A stretch of DNA of 64,000 nucleotides from NCBI GenBank assembly GCA_030704615.1, contig CM060734.1, forward strand, positions 48,732,001 through 48,796,000. The letters are read 5' to 3'. The notes beneath the pieces were generated by a model that was given only the letters and a program-made list of their open reading frames with translations, ran no database searches and was not told the origin of the DNA. Shown here piece after piece: positions 10,521-25,156 of the stretch (the first letter of the stretch is position 1; each line of letters begins with the position of its first letter). Both the position numbers and the translations under genes were made by a program. This DNA comes from Takakia lepidozioides (Eukaryota > Plantae > Bryophyta).

Positions 10521-13500
10521 TCATGGATACCACTCTATCCCCTTCAACTTATTGACATTGATTCTTCCCAACATCTCTTTGTTAATGGTTTGTAACATGG
10601 CTGTGTTGTTATCATACATCTTCTGTATGACATAAGGTCCCTTCCATGGTGATTTAAGCTTAGAAGCTTTAATCTTCCCCTTCTTCTGCAACCAGAGAAC
10701 CAAATCTCCCGTCTTAAAAGTCTTACTGTTCCTTCCTCTTCATCTGAATTCTGGTCATGTTATCAGCTGCATCAGCACGTACTTCTTCCACATGGTATAA
10801 TTCATGTTTCCTGACCTTAATTGAATCTACCAATTCCATTCTTTTTCCCCATTCAGTTCTCATGGTAGGTAACAAGAATTCCACTGGAAGTAAAGCTTCC
10901 ATACCATAAACTAATTGGAATGGTGTATACTTAGTGGTGACTTTACATGAAGTCATGTATGACCACAAAGCTGTCAGCAGCTTTGTATCCCAATCCGTTC
11001 TGTTTGCATTGACTATCTTAGCCAAGATAGTACATAGTATCTTGTTGGTAGCCTCTGCCTGCCCATTACCCTGTGGGTAATACGTTGAACTCTTCCTATG
11101 CACAATCATGAACTCTTTAGTCAATAGTTCCATGGTCTCATTAATGAAGTGACTTCCCTGGTCACTGATAAATTCCAAGGGACAGCCAAATCGTGTAAGT
11201 ATGTTCTCATACAGGAACCTTGCTGTGGACTTGGCTGTGTTGTCCCTCAGAGCTTTAGCTTCCACCCACTTTGTAGTATAATCAGTGGCTGTAATTATGT
11301 ACGTGTTCTGTGTATTCTTGGCCGGTGGGTTAATTGGTCCAACAAAGTCTAGTCCCCATTTCTGAAATGGTTCAGTAGGCATCGTAGGATGCAAAGCCAT
11401 CTTCCCAGATCTCTGCAATGGTCCTAGCCTCTAACATTCATCACAACTCTGACAATACTTGTGTACATCTTTGAACAAAGTAGGCCACCAGTAACCTGCA
11501 AGTAGTATCTTCTTACTGGTAGTCTCTTCTCCAAAATGACCTCCAGCCACTCCTTTATGAACTTCCTCCAAAACTTTATTTACTTCATGGTGGTACAAGC
11601 ATCGTTTAAGTACTCCATCAGGTCCTAGCTTATACATTCTGCCCCCTACCATAGTATAAGGTAAAGCCTTGATAGTGATTCTCTTCCTCTGCTCCTTACC
11701 ATAACTAGGTGGGCACTGACCATGAGTAAGGTAGTATCTGATTGGCCACTGCCAATCTAACCATTAATCTGCACTTCCTTGCACCTCCATTGCAAATAAA
11801 CTCGCATCAGGTAATTGGTCGTCTACTCCTGTGGCGGGCTCTCCTGCTGTTAGGCGTGACAAATGATCTGCCACAAGATGCAAACGGTCAGGCTTGTAAA
11901 CAACTTTGAACTCAAACTCATGCAAGATTATTAACCACTTCGCTATCCTTCCACTTATCAAAGGTTTGTTCACCAGATATATCAGAGCCTGGTGATCCAC
12001 ATAAAACATAAACTTTCTTCCAAATAGGTAATGCCTGAATTTCTTGACTGCATAAATCATTGCCAGTGCTTCTCTTTCAGTTGTGGTATAGTTCCTTTCA
12101 GCGCTGTTCATCAACCTGGTAGTATAGTACACAGATGAATCTATATTTCCTGTAACATTTTGGGCTAACACCGCTCCCAACGCTTGTCCTGAGGCATCAC
12201 AATGAACATGAAATACTACATGCCAGTGAGGGTTAATCAGCACAGGTGTAGTTGTTACTGACAATGTAAGTTCCTCAAAAGCCTGTTGACATTCAGCTGT
12301 CCATGCAAGCACTACATCTTTCTTCAGAAGCTTGCTCAATGGTGCTGCTATCTGTGCATACCTTTTGACAAATCTTCTGTAATAACTGGTTTGTCCAAGG
12401 AATCTCCTTAGACTCTTAACATTTACTGGTGGTGGAGAGGATGGCCTCTGTCTTCCTGGGATCCACCATAAGTCCCCTCTTACACACAATGTGTCTCAAA
12501 AGTACCCCTGAGTTCACACAGAAAGTACACTTCTGTGGATTCAGGCCCAGACATCTCATCCTGCATCTGGCCAAACATAACTCCAATTTATGCAAGTGCT
12601 CATTCTTAGAGCTGTACACACTGAAATCATCCAAGAACACCTGCATGAAATCATCCAGATACTCATGAAAAGATTCACTTATCACTCTCTGAAAGGTTGC
12701 TGGTGCATTACAAAGTCCAAAAGGCATGACTTTGTATGCATAAGCACCCCAGTCTGTGATGAAAGCTGTCTTTCCTTGGTCTTCTTCTGCCACTTGCACT
12801 TGATTATAACCACTGAAACCATCCATGAATGAGTACATCTCATGACCTGCCACAGTGTCCAATACCGCTTCTGTGAATGGCAAGGGAAAAAGATCTTTCT
12901 TCGTGCAAGCATTCAACCTCTTATAGTTCACACAAACTCTCAGTTTACCATTCTTCTTGGGAACTATTACAATGGGTGACAACCAAGTTGTGTACTCTAT
13001 CGGGTATATAAACTTAGCCTCAGCCAACTTCTTGATCTCTTCTCCAACCTTCTGTGCATAGTTGGGATTCATTATGTACCTTGCCTGTTTGATTGGTACT
13101 GACCCTAGTTCCAGTTCAATCTTATGCTAACAGATCTCAGGTGGTATCCCTTTTAGATCCTCGTAGCTCCAAGCAAATACATCTCTGTATTTGATGAACA
13201 AACTTTTAGCTTCCTCAAAGAATTCTGGCTCCAAATCAGCCCCTACCTTCACCATCCTCGGTTCCTCTTTAGTTCCCACATTCACTTCTCTCACCTGCTC
13301 ATCAGCTATGATTGTCCAACCAGTCACCACTTTATCCTGTAAACTCACAGTGGTTGGTTCCTCTAGGATTTCCATTTCTCCTTCTCTTTCTTCATAGAAA
13401 TGTGGTGGATAACTGCTTGTTTCACCTTCAATTGGTGTTGCTGTCACTACACCATAGCATATACCTTTTAAACTACTTAGGCCTTCCAGCTGCATCTCTG

Positions 13501-14548
13501 CAACCTGCTCCCACTTTGGGTGTGCAGCGAACAGGGTAGCTTCCTGCTCCTCATCAAGTCCTCCCCTCCAGTCATACTCCCTGACCCCTCGAGGTCTTCT
13601 CGTAACAGGTAATCTACTAGATTTCTTAGTGGTAATTTGTATCTTGTGCATCCCATCATGCACAGTTAGTAACTGGGAATTCCAGTCATGGAATACCCTG
13701 GCCTGTTTCAGTCACGGACGTCCCAACAATAAGGAGTAAGCTTCCATGACTTCATCCATTTTTAACACAATTACTGTGATCATAAAGATCATCTTTTGAA
13801 TCAGTATCTTAACTCCTCTTATCAATCCCAGTGGCTGTACACTTCTTTGATCTGCCATTGTTACTGTAAATGGGGCTGACTTCATGTTACTTAGACCAAG
13901 CTTCTGCCTTAATTGGTCTGTCTTGATGTTCACTCCAGAGCCTCCATCTATCAGTACATCAGTTAGTTCTGTGCTTCCAATTCTCAATTGGATTACTGGC
14001 ATGGAATCATCAAAGTCCATGACTGTTTCTCGCCCTTCCGGCTTCACATTATAACTAGTCACCTTGCTGTTCAGGTCTGTGTTCCCTGTCACATGGGCAA
14101 TTCGATTGATTGCTTGATACAGCCTGTGTCTACAATAAGGTGCCACAGCCAATAGCTGTCCAATGGTAATCTCCGCTTTGGACTGGCATATTACTTCAGC
14201 CAAAGTCCCTCCATTACTCTGCATATCTGCAGCTTCTTTCTTCCCTTCATCCTCACTCACTTCCTCTTCTCTTTCAGAATCAGAGGAATCTGCCATAGGA
14301 ATATCAGTACTCTTCTGCATTTCCCTTATGGTATCTGCCACTTCCTTGTGCAGTTCCTTCTCATCTCTCCAAGCCTCATCATCTTCAAGCACATCACTGC
14401 CATCTCCATTATCATCATCTTCCTCGTCTACTGGAGGTATTAGTTTGGCTTTGCTTCTCGTTACTATCATTGTACTTACTTCTGGTACAACACATGGCCT
14501 AACCATGTGAGCTGCCACCACTGGCCCCTCATTCACTGGAGCTCTCAT
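10521..14548 (-). pseudogene. pol: pol (aspartic protease, RT, RNase H, integrase) of element A
   Basis: VLIDGGSGVNI; KLRVCVNY...DGFSGYNQV...[14 protein letters not shown]...FLDD; HCDASG...NYTTTEREALA; HKGVAGGHF...CQSCDEC; WGLDFVGP...SDQGSHF...YPQGNGQAE. Confidence 0.93.
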
Positions 14549-14559
14549 CTCATTTTGGT

Positions 14560-15838
14560 GTCTGATCCAGAATGGACAGGCTGCCTTGCGATGGCCTGCC
14601 TGATTACAATAGTAACACAGTTCTTCCCCATTAGGTCTTCGCCCTTGGTCTGTTCTAGAATTGTTTTTGTAATCCTGATTCCCTGGCTGGTAATTCCCTC
14701 TTGGATTACCCTGATAGTTGCCTCTGGAATTTCCTTAGTAATTCCCTCTTGAATTACCTCTCCCTTCTATGCCATTGTTATAACCACCGGGCCTACCATA
14801 GTGGTCATGATCACTGTTTCTTCTTGGCTGGGGCTGCACTTGATGCATCCTTACTTGCCTAGGTTCTCTAGCTGCTGTCCTTCTGTTGTAGTAACAATTC
14901 TCAGTAGAATGGTTATCCATTTTACAGATAGTACAGTGTTTCTCCTTCATGTGGCATTCAGTGGTGGTATGGCCTTCATTCTGGCACTTTGCACACCAAA
15001 CACCCTTCCTCCAATGTGTTGTAGCCTCTGTGGCATAATTCTTCAAGATTTCTTCTAATCTTTTCTCATAGTTATCCATCTTCAACTTCTCCTTCCTCTT
15101 ACTCTTCCTTTTCAGCTATTGCTCTTCTTCCTCATCTGACTCATCCTCAGAGTCCTCATCATCATTTTTCTCTCTCCTGAGCATTCCCAATTGCTCAATT
15201 CTGTTCGCTGTTTCAAATGCCTCCTCCACTGTATTATGGGGTAACATATCCACTTTCTTTTGCAACTCTGGTCTTAGTCCACTCACAAACCAAGTCTTCT
15301 GTAAACCTGGTGCTGGTACAGCAGCCAGCTTTTTCATCATCAATTCCATTTTTTCCATATACTCCTCAACAGTTTCATGCTTCTTTTGCTTTAACTGTTG
15401 TAAACTTCCATACACTTCATCCTCAGTTTTACTTGTCCTGAACCTATTTCGGAATGTTGTATTCAAGCCATTCCAGGTTAGGAAATGATTATCAGGGAAT
15501 CTTGCACACCATTCACTTGCTTTCTTGATAAGTGAACAAGGAAACAATCTCATCTTGGCATCATCGCCATTCTCATTGTTCACAATACACATGTGCTCAA
15601 ATTGGCTAATGTGTACATCAGGATCCCCTTTTCTTGAATATATTGGAAAAGGTGGTTTTGCCCGTGTTGGTTGTAACGCCATCTGTGGTCCTACCTTCTG
15701 CCCACTGAGAGATGTTGGTCCTTGAGGACCTGTTGTAGTTGTGGTGGATCTTCCACCCAGTGGTGGCCCCTGAGCACTCCCTGCTACCGGCCCCACGATA
15801 TTCACAGTATTCCCAGCTCTAGTTGCACTACTTCCCAC
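14560..15838 (-). pseudogene. gag: gag with CCHC zinc knuckles (element A)
   Basis: DPDVHISQFE...RLFPCSL...W capsid-like motifs; knuckles CAKCQNEGHTTTEC, CTICKMDNHSTENC and a third near 14590-14620. Confidence 0.85.
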
Positions 15839-15978
15839 ACTCCCTGTCCCCCCAAAGCCAGATCCAGGCTGCCCGCCTGATCCCCCTGAGCCGACACCTT
15901 CTTTGGCCTGTGGTCCAAGTGCTTCACTTGATCCAGGTCCAACGGGTTGGGATGTCCTGGTTGTATATCACACGGCCA

Positions 15979-16645
15979 CGTTAGCATCGGCTTTTACCAA
16001 TAGAGGGAGTAGTGGACCGTTCACCACTATGGCTCACGACCACTACAACAAGTCACTTTTTTAGCAAACCCTTTAGGTTGCGTAGGCAGTTAGGCAAACG
16101 GTCATTAACGACTGCAGGTTGTAACGACTCTTTGGAACATAGTATAAAAATGTTGCACGCAACTTAGAAGGTATCAGGGATCAGTGTGTATTCAGTGGAC
16201 TCAGAGTGATTCAATGTGTACTTCTGTGATGATGTGATGAACTCTGAAGTAAAGCCATGCTATTCGAAATATCTCTGTGAAGAGTGAACGTGAGATGGAG
16301 AGAATGTGCATTATGAGAGAACGTGAGATGGTGCGAATGTGTATCATTTCAAAATAGTTCTTGTTTTATCTTGACTACCATCTGATTGTATGAACAAAGA
16401 GGCTTCAGTCTTTTCGACTAAGATCTGTCATGCCAAAGAGACTGTAGGTTGGGCTTAATCAATAGGATTAAGCAACCTGTAGGGATATTGATTCATACGA
16501 CGTTCGTGGTTTAATTATCCTTAAAACGATTACTTTGTAATCGTTTCTGAAAGCATACCGTCGGATAACCTCTGTTGCATGTCTTGGGAAATGGGCGGTA
16601 GTGCTGACAGCCTGTTTTGTCCAAGTCATAAACCAGCCGTTAACA
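15979..16645 (+). repeat. 5' LTR of element B
   Basis: Begins (c)GTTAGCATCGGCT and ends AGCCGTTAACA (imperfect terminal IR). TATAAAAA at ~16143. Followed by PBS-like TGGTGACC at 16648. 16152-16645 is repeated at 34461-34954. Confidence 0.85.
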
Positions 16646-17242
16646 TTTGGTGACCAGGTATGTTGAGTTCAAGTGAACTGAAAGAAGGATGGTTACTCAG
16701 TGATTTCTTGAAATCACAAAAGAACGAGTCAACGGAAGCGGAGGAATGGAAAACATTCATGAAAAAATTCATGGCTTACCAATAGCAATACAACAGAAGA
16801 TCTTTCTTTCAATTGCGAAAGAAGATGACAAATGGGGATTAAAGGGAGGAGTGATCAGTATTACACGAGCACCTTGGGAATGTAGAATCAGAAGTGAAGA
16901 ATGGTTATCCCGTCTAGCTTTATTGATTACTCTAATCCCAATCAGAAAAGTTTGCTACACTAGTTATGTTTTCAGGGAAGGATGTTGAAATTATGAATAT
17001 TGTAGAAGCAGTGGAGTACTGGATACCCAAAGACTTGTTACAAGTCAGACACTGAGAAAGACAAATGGTATTATTGTGCCCATTAAAAGATTGGTGATCA
17101 ATCAGTAAAGGAAAATTAAGTCGTGATACGGATTATGGCAAGATAGGGTAAATCTTGGAGAAATGGTAGAGACCATTATAATTTTTCTTTACTGACATAC
17201 CTAGACTGATTAAAGGGTGCTGAAAAGGATTCTGTATATGAT

Positions 17243-20200
17243 GTGGGAATGAATGAGGAAATTAAAGAAAAAGCTAAGCAAGACGGAGCTGAAAGAATAG
17301 AGAAATATGCTGCAGAAAAAGAAGCTCGGTTGAGAAAAGAGTTCCCAGAATTACAAAACTTGAATATTATTCAAGGTGAGACATCAAGACAAATTGACAG
17401 TGATAAACCAGAAGATCAGGAAATCGGATCGTTGGAAAGTGAGAACACTACACCAGAAGGGGTTGCCAGTAATGCACTTGGTGAATGGTTACCACAAGAA
17501 AGATCTGAAGGACCTTCTATAGTAACAAGTCCAAATCGAGGTTTTGCTGAAATATTGGAAGAAAGATTTGAGAATATTCTGAGTGAAGAAGGAGAAAGAA
17601 GTGAAACTCCAGAAAGGATAACCAGGACTGCACTCAAAGCTTTTAAAGATTCATTAAGCTTAGTAGGGACAGCAGCTGAAAGACGGCTATCATTGGGACA
17701 AGGACCTCCTAGCTTTGAATCATTGTTTGGAAGACAAACACCAACAACACCACTAGCCTTGACAATCCCAACACCACCACAGCCAGCAGCAGCGGGACCA
17801 TCCCAGTTTGGACAACTAGTTGCACCAGCAGCACCCGTTGCACCAGTAGCACCAATGGCTTTAGCAGCAAGCAAAACCAGACCGCCGTTCCCTTTATATG
17901 ATGGGAAATCTGATCCGGATATCCATCTCAATGAATTTGAGAACATGTGCACCATGTACAATGAAGCAACAGACCAGGAAAAGATCCGATTATTTCCTTG
18001 TTCAATGGCCAGAAAAGGCATGGAATGGTTGGCAACCTTTCCAGCCAATCACTTTGCAAATTGGGTGGATATGAGAGCCGCATTTCAAGAACGATATAGA
18101 TCCAACAAATCCACGTTTGAAATCTTCACAGGATTACAGAACCTGAGACAGAAAAAAGAAAGAATTGGTAGTCGACTACCTGGAGAGAATGAAGACTCTG
18201 ATCAGGAAGCTACCTCAAGCACCAGGTAATGACTTGCAAAAATCATGGTTCATCGACGGACTTCGTCCTGAATATGTAACCATGGTTACAGTCATGCCTA
18301 ACAACACTTTGGCTGAAGCAGTAGGAACTGCGAAGAAATTGGAATTGGGATTTCATCAGAGCAGAAGTAAAGATTCCATGGATCCCTTGGAAGAAGAAGA
18401 CTCTGATGATGAAGAAAAACCCAAGCAAAAGAAGAAAGAAGTGATTGACAAAACCACTTTGGATCAGAAGATAGCAGAGGCTATCAAGAATTTTAAAGAT
18501 GAAGGGCCACGAAAGGCAACATGGTGTCACAAATGCGGGACTGCAGGACACTTGGTAACAAAATGCCACATGAAAGTCAAATACTGTGATATTTGTCATA
18601 TGAACAATCATAATACCAGCCATTGGATTTACAATCAACAGGCCAAGAAAAGTGGGTATACACGAGAGCTGGGGGTACACCAAGTCCAAATCCGATGGGG
18701 AGGATCGGATGGACCAAGACGATACAATATGGGTAATCGTTATCAGAGGCCACGAAATGACTATCCACCACGGGATAAAGAACATCAACCCAGAAACAAA
18801 GAAATCACGAGATGCCACTACTGCAAGAAAGAGGGACACTGGAAACATGAATGCCAGTGTGAGGCAGAAGTGGGAAATATGGAAGCCGGACCGAGTGTAG
18901 CCGTGAGTGTGGTAACTCCTGTAGTGGATACCCTTGCGGTAACCCGAACTCAGGCCAAGAAACAGAAACCTCCAGATAAGGAGAATGAAGAAGAACGGAA
19001 ACAATATCCAGAAAGTGCAGCATGGCAGGAAGAAAAGAGCTTACACCAGGAGGTTAGTAAAGCCATAGCTCAAATGCAAGAGGGAACCCATATACCTTCT
19101 GGTGAGCCAACTCCAGATAATCAAATCAGACCAACGATGAAGACCACGAACGCAACCACGGAAACAGAATTGGCTGAAGTAATCTGCCAGACCAAGACCC
19201 AAATTACCATTGGACAATTATTAAAAATTGCTCCACACTGTAAGAAAACTTTATTTCGGGCAATCGAGGCATTGACTCCCACACCAAAATGAAAACCAAC
19301 ACCAGAGGTTTACACGATTAAACCCACAACTATACAACAAACTCCAGACTACGACGAAGCAATACCCGTAATACAAGTACGTATTGGACGGAAGCCGGTA
19401 ACGGATGTACTCATCGATGGAGGATCCGGAGTGAATATCATGACAGAGAAGATGAAGAAGTCACTAGGATTGGGGCACATGGAACCTGCTCCATTCACGG
19501 TACAAATGGCCGATCAACGAAAATTGCAGCCATTGGGTATCATCAGACGACTTGCAATGGAAGTAGCAGGACTGGTATACGAAGTATCATTAACTATTCT
19601 CAGAATGGAGGATGTCGCAGAAGGATATTCGCTACTACTTGGCCGACCATGGTTAACACAAGCCCAATCACACCACGATTGGGGAAGTCAGACTCTCACG
19701 ATAAAAAAAGGATCAGAACAAGTCACTATCACTACAAAGCAACGAGGTACCATTCCACGAGAGAAACGACCTTGCATAGTGGAAGAGTATGATTGGTCCA
19801 ATGGACTGTCGGATGAAGAACAAGCCACAGTATATGCAGCCCATCCACAGCTGGAACCTATTGGGCAATTAGTGGTCAAACATACCACAACAGTAGGATG
19901 TCACATGGTGAACACCCAAGGAGAACCGAATACTCCGATAACGGAAGATCCGGAGGAAGAAGCTATGGACACACCTCAACACCCTGCCCGTTTTTATCAA
20001 GAAAGGGAAGAGGACATTAAAATCAGTGAAGTACCTGCCACGATTGCAACCATCGGACAAGAGATTGCAAGATGGACACTAACGGAAGAAACTCAATTGA
20101 TTCAAGTGAATGTGCGGACAGTGGAAGAACCACAGATAATACGAGTAGGTGCAGGTCTTGAAGAATCATTTCTATAAGAAGCCACTGCATTATTCAATGA

Positions 20201-23060
20201 ATACAAGGATGTATTTGCCTGGAACTACAAAGATTTGAAGGGTATACCTTCCAACATCTGTGAGCACCGAATTGAATTGGAAGTTGACACAAAACCAATT
20301 CGTCAGAACCGTTACAGAATGAACCCCAACTATGCAGCTAAAGTTTGGGAAGAAATCAAGAAATTACTATGCAAGATTCATATACCCAGTAGAGACACCA
20401 CAATGGTTATCGCCCATTGTGATAGTACCCAAGAAAAATGGAAAATTACGAGTATGTGTGGACTACCGCAAGTTAAACGCAGGAACCAAGAAAGACCCTT
20501 TTCCACTACCTTTCACCGAAATAGTGTTGGACACGGTGGCATGACATGAGATGTATTCATTCAGTATAACCAGGTGCAGATGGCGGAAGAAGACCGAGAA
20601 AAGACCACATTCATCACTGAATGGGGAGCCTATGCTTACAAAGTCATGCCATTTGGACTTTGCAACGCACCAGCCACGTTTCAGCGAGCAGTATCTGAGA
20701 TATTCAAGAATTATCTCAACGATTTTATGTAGGTATTTTTGGATGATTTCAGTGTCTTCGGACAGAAATCCAAACACTTGGCACAGTTAAAACTTTGCCT
20801 ACAAGCCTGCAGAAATAATGGAGTAAGTCTCAATCCGGAAAAATGTACATTTTGTGTGAATTCAGGATTATTGTTGGGACACATTGTGTGCCAACAGGGA
20901 ATTCTGGTGGATCCAAAGAAAGTGGAGTCATCCAGAAAATACCACCACCAGAAAATCCCAAGAAACTCAAGAGATTTCTAGGACAGACAAGCTATTACAG
21001 AAGGTACATGGACAAATATGCTCACAGAACGACACCAGTCTATAGACTACTGAAGCAAGATGCCGAATACCGATGGTCTCCAGCTTGCCAGGAATCATTT
21101 GATTCACTAAAAAGGGCACTCACAACAGCACCAATACTGATAAATCCAAGATGAGATTTACCATTTCATGTACATAGTGATGCATCAGGCATTGCTTTGG
21201 GAGCAGTTCTAGCTCAGAATGTGACAGGCACGATAGATTCACCTATTATGCAAACAGATTGTTGACAACAGCCGAGAAGAATTATAGCACCGCAGAAAGG
21301 GAAGCATTGGCCATGATTTATGCTGTTCAAAAGTTTCGGCATTATTTACTTGGCAATCGCTTTAAGTTTATTGTTGATCATCAGGCCCTAGTTCATTTAG
21401 CAAATCGACCACTAGCTAGTGGCAGGGTTGCTCGATGGTTGCTGCTTCTTCATGAGTATGATTTTGAAGTTATTCATAAACCAAGAAGATTACATGTTAC
21501 AGCAGATCGTCTGTCCAAGATTACTACAGGAAAACCAGCCACGGGGGTAGAAGATCAACTTCCCGACGCATTTCTGTTTGATGTTTGACCGGAAGCACAA
21601 GATGAAGAGACAGATCCTCTAGACAATCTGGGAGTGTTTCAAGGAGACTATGACCTTCCAGATACTCTTAAACTCATGGATGACACTGATGAAGAAGATG
21701 ACTCATCAGATGAAGATGAACCTCTTGATGAAGGACCTATTATTGAGGAAGAGCCAGATCCAGAAGAAGAAGATGACAAGGAAAACAAAGAAACAAACAA
21801 TCAAGAATTGGCCAATATCAGTATTGGAGCTTATACAGTTACCAAGGAAGAATCATAAGACATTCAGAATCAAAATAAAGATGATTGGCAATGGCCATTC
21901 AAATACTATCTAAACACAGGGAAATTTCCTGAAGACTACAGACAGGAGAAAGCTTTCAATGAAAAGCAAGCCATACACAGTAATCAAGGGAATTATGTAC
22001 TAAAGAGGAATTGACTCCATAATGAGAAGATGTGTGAACAAAGAACAAGCCAAAATAGTGATGCAAGAGCTACACGAAGGAATTGCAAGAGAACACTTCA
22101 GTTCGGACCTGACAGCAAAGAAGATATTATTAGCAGGTTCCTAGTGGCCTATTGTATTTGGAGACACTTATGAACACTGTCAACAGTGTGATGTTTGCCA
22201 GAGGATGGACCAGTAGAACGAACTGGGAAGGGTACTATGCACCCAATACTACCAACAGAACCATTTCAACGCTGGGGGCTAGACTTCGTGGGGCCCATTA
22301 AACCTCCAGCAAGGTACACACAGAACCAATACATCCTCACAGCCACTGACTACACTACCAAATGGGTAGAGGCCAAGGCACTAAGAGACAACACTGTCAG
22401 ATCGACAGCCAAATTCTTATATGAAAACATCATCACACGATTTGGTTGCCCATTGGAATTCGTCAGTGATCAAGGATCACATTTTATAAATGATGGCATA
22501 AAATGCTTGACGGAGGAGTTCATGATTGTACATCACAAGAGTACTGCTTACTATCCCCAAGGAAATGGCTAGGCCGAATCTACCAACAAAATATTATGCA
22601 CTATCTTAACCAAGATAATAAATGCCAATCGTACAGATTGGGACACCAAAATGAACACAACACTATGGGCATTCAGGACATCATACAAGGTGACCACGAA
22701 ACATACACCATTTCAACTGGTGTATGGAGCAGAGGCACTATTACCCATTGAATGTATGATACCCACACTACGAACCGGAACTCATGAATGATGGGGTTTA
22801 GAGGAATCTCTACGAGTCAGGGAATATGAGTTATTCCATCTGGAAGAAGTTCGGGCAGACACCGCAGATAACATGGCACGAATTCAAGAACAACGAAGAA
22901 AAAGAATATCCGAAGGGAAAGAAAAATCTTTCCAGGACGGGGATATTGTTTTATGGTTACCAAAAATCAAGAAGATCAAACTGGGCGGAAAATTGAAAAT
23001 GCCATGGATGGGACCATTTCAAATCAAAAAGGTACATGACTGGACGAATTAATATTAACA
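17243..23060 (+). pseudogene. gag-pol of element B (many stops and frameshifts)
   Basis: DPDIHLNEFE, CCHC knuckles, [53 protein letters not shown]. Confidence 0.92.
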
Positions 23061-23989
23061 AGTTAAAAGGTTACCAAGGAATACATGACAAAGCCCTTAT
23101 ACATGACTTATACGCCAACGAGGAAGATCAAACTGCAGATGAGGAGCGTGAAACCGCCAGTGCATATTACATCCATCATGACACGGTGAATCGGCATGTA
23201 CTAAGACAGGTGGCAACACGAATTCAGGGCACCACTACGGCTAGACCACCATTCATCTGGAGGACAACATTACCACCCCGTATACCGTATGGTGGACCGT
23301 GGCCAGCACATATGCCCTACAGAACCGTGAACGAATACGAAGCACCCAACGAGTCACTGTTTGTGTTAAACTCCGAGATCTACGCTCCAGATTACCCCAC
23401 CGACCGTGGTAATCATACACCACTAACCATCGATCATAACACGGAGGAAGAACGACGGCGCAATCCAATGGATTGCCAAAAGACGGCGGATGATAAGGGC
23501 AAAGCCATTAAACCAAGTTGCAAGTATTGCGCACACGCCGCCCATCTAAAAACAGACCACATACCACAATGGATGAGCACATCCAAGATGGATGAACGTA
23601 AACTGACCCAAGACCGGACAATCATCAACAACCATCAGTTCGATCAACGGAAGAAAATCAGGCACATCCAGAAAAGGGATGAAGTTTACTCAAAACCGTT
23701 ACCCGAAGCTAAATGCTTCTTGGTAAGCCTAGGCCCAACAATTAAAGCTAACTGCGCTTTAAACCTAGGCAGACAGCAGGACAGAATTACCTCCACGAGA
23801 ACCTCAAGAGAAGTTAGAGGAGAAGCCTACAGAGGAGAACCCCTACTTAAACCCAGAAACGAACTCCTCACCTTCTCTTCCGCAAACTGGAAATTGCTGT
23901 CTACACAACTTCCAGTGTGCTTCATACTACTTGTGATACAGGAATTGGTGCTCCAATTCCTTACAACAATAGCAAAACTAAGGGAAGTT

Positions 23990-25156
23990 GGATAGTCTTG
24001 GCTTGCGATACTTCATCACCACGCTAGACTGGAACCTTAAGCACGACGAGCTGTGCAGGGAGTTCTTGGAGAATTACAACACCAGCACTCGAAGCACAAA
24101 TGTCCGCGACACATAGATTCTGTTGACGGAGAAGTACTTGGCGGAAGTGTTTCACCTTCCCAGTCTGGACGTACCGGTGCACAGCGGCAAACCTCCAAGG
24201 TTTGTACTTGCAGATTTGTTTGAGAATCTCAACCAAGCCGATCAGGGCTACACATGCAGTCACAGCAAAAACCCCGGCTTTAGGAAGATAGCCCCGGTAC
24301 TTAGCATGTTGCCTTGCCTCAGGCAAAACCACAGCTACTGCACCAAGGACCTAATCGATCAAGTGTTGATTTGCCTGGCAAATCGTGAATTGGGCAAGCT
24401 TCTTATTGAAGAAGTTAACCCAAGAATTGACCCGGTTGACAAAGAAGAAGAAGGAAGCAACTGTTACCATGGCTACTCCATTGTTACTCCAAATGATTCG
24501 ACACACTGTACACCTGACACCCGAAGAGCAAACGATGTTGGGAATCATGCAGCGGGTAGAAACGATGGAGGAAGAAGGAAGCGACACGGCAATAGGTCAA
24601 GAAGGAGAAGAGGGCCGACTTGCAAAGAGAGCCCGGATCAACGAAGCAACCACAAGTGCAGCAACAGAGGACATCTTCAACTCGACGGCTGATTCCACAC
24701 TGCAGAGAGAAGGGGAGAATCAGCAACCGGAAGGAGGGAACCAACCACAGACCAATGAAGCAACACCCATGGAAATTAGCCATGGTAATACCGAAACCCA
24801 GCAAACAGCACCCACAGAGACCACACAACCAAGAACAGAGGAGGGAGACCTAGTGGCGCAGCAACAGCAGATGGTGCAAGAGGCTCACAATCAGTAGCAA
24901 CAGTAGGTGGTGCAAGAGGCACCTAGTCAACAGCAACAGCAGGTGGTGCAAGAGGCACAAAGTCAGCAGCAGCAAGACAATAATTCCAATTTGGAATTAT
25001 TACTAGCACAACAGGTTCTAGATACAACAGCATAGGACACAGGGTTGGAAGAAACCCCATAGAATGTAATTCTGCAGGCAATACAAGCATTGGGTCAAGT
25101 AACAGCTTGTATGGATAGGGCCAAGGATTACATAAGCCCGGAGAACCTTAGCATGA
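23990..25156 (+). pseudogene. Extra 3' ORF of element B (Athila/env-like 'plant transposon protein' type), N-terminal part
   Basis: ELCREFLENY...NVRD...LTEKYLAEVFHLP...NWASFL pattern followed by an E/Q-rich tract with three short Q-rich repeats (24860-24975); resumes after the D insertion. Confidence 0.5.

Larger units (their letters stand above)
9824..15978 (-). mobile_element. Ty3/Gypsy non-chromovirus LTR retrotransposon internal region, copy A (degenerate; no LTRs in view)
   Basis: Domain order gag-PR-RT-RH-INT on the minus strand, no chromodomain, multiple stops. Confidence 0.93.

Noticed and set aside
16648-16665. Assigning a specific primer tRNA to element B
   Set aside because: Only TGGTGACC is recognisable, too short to assign without the host tRNA set.
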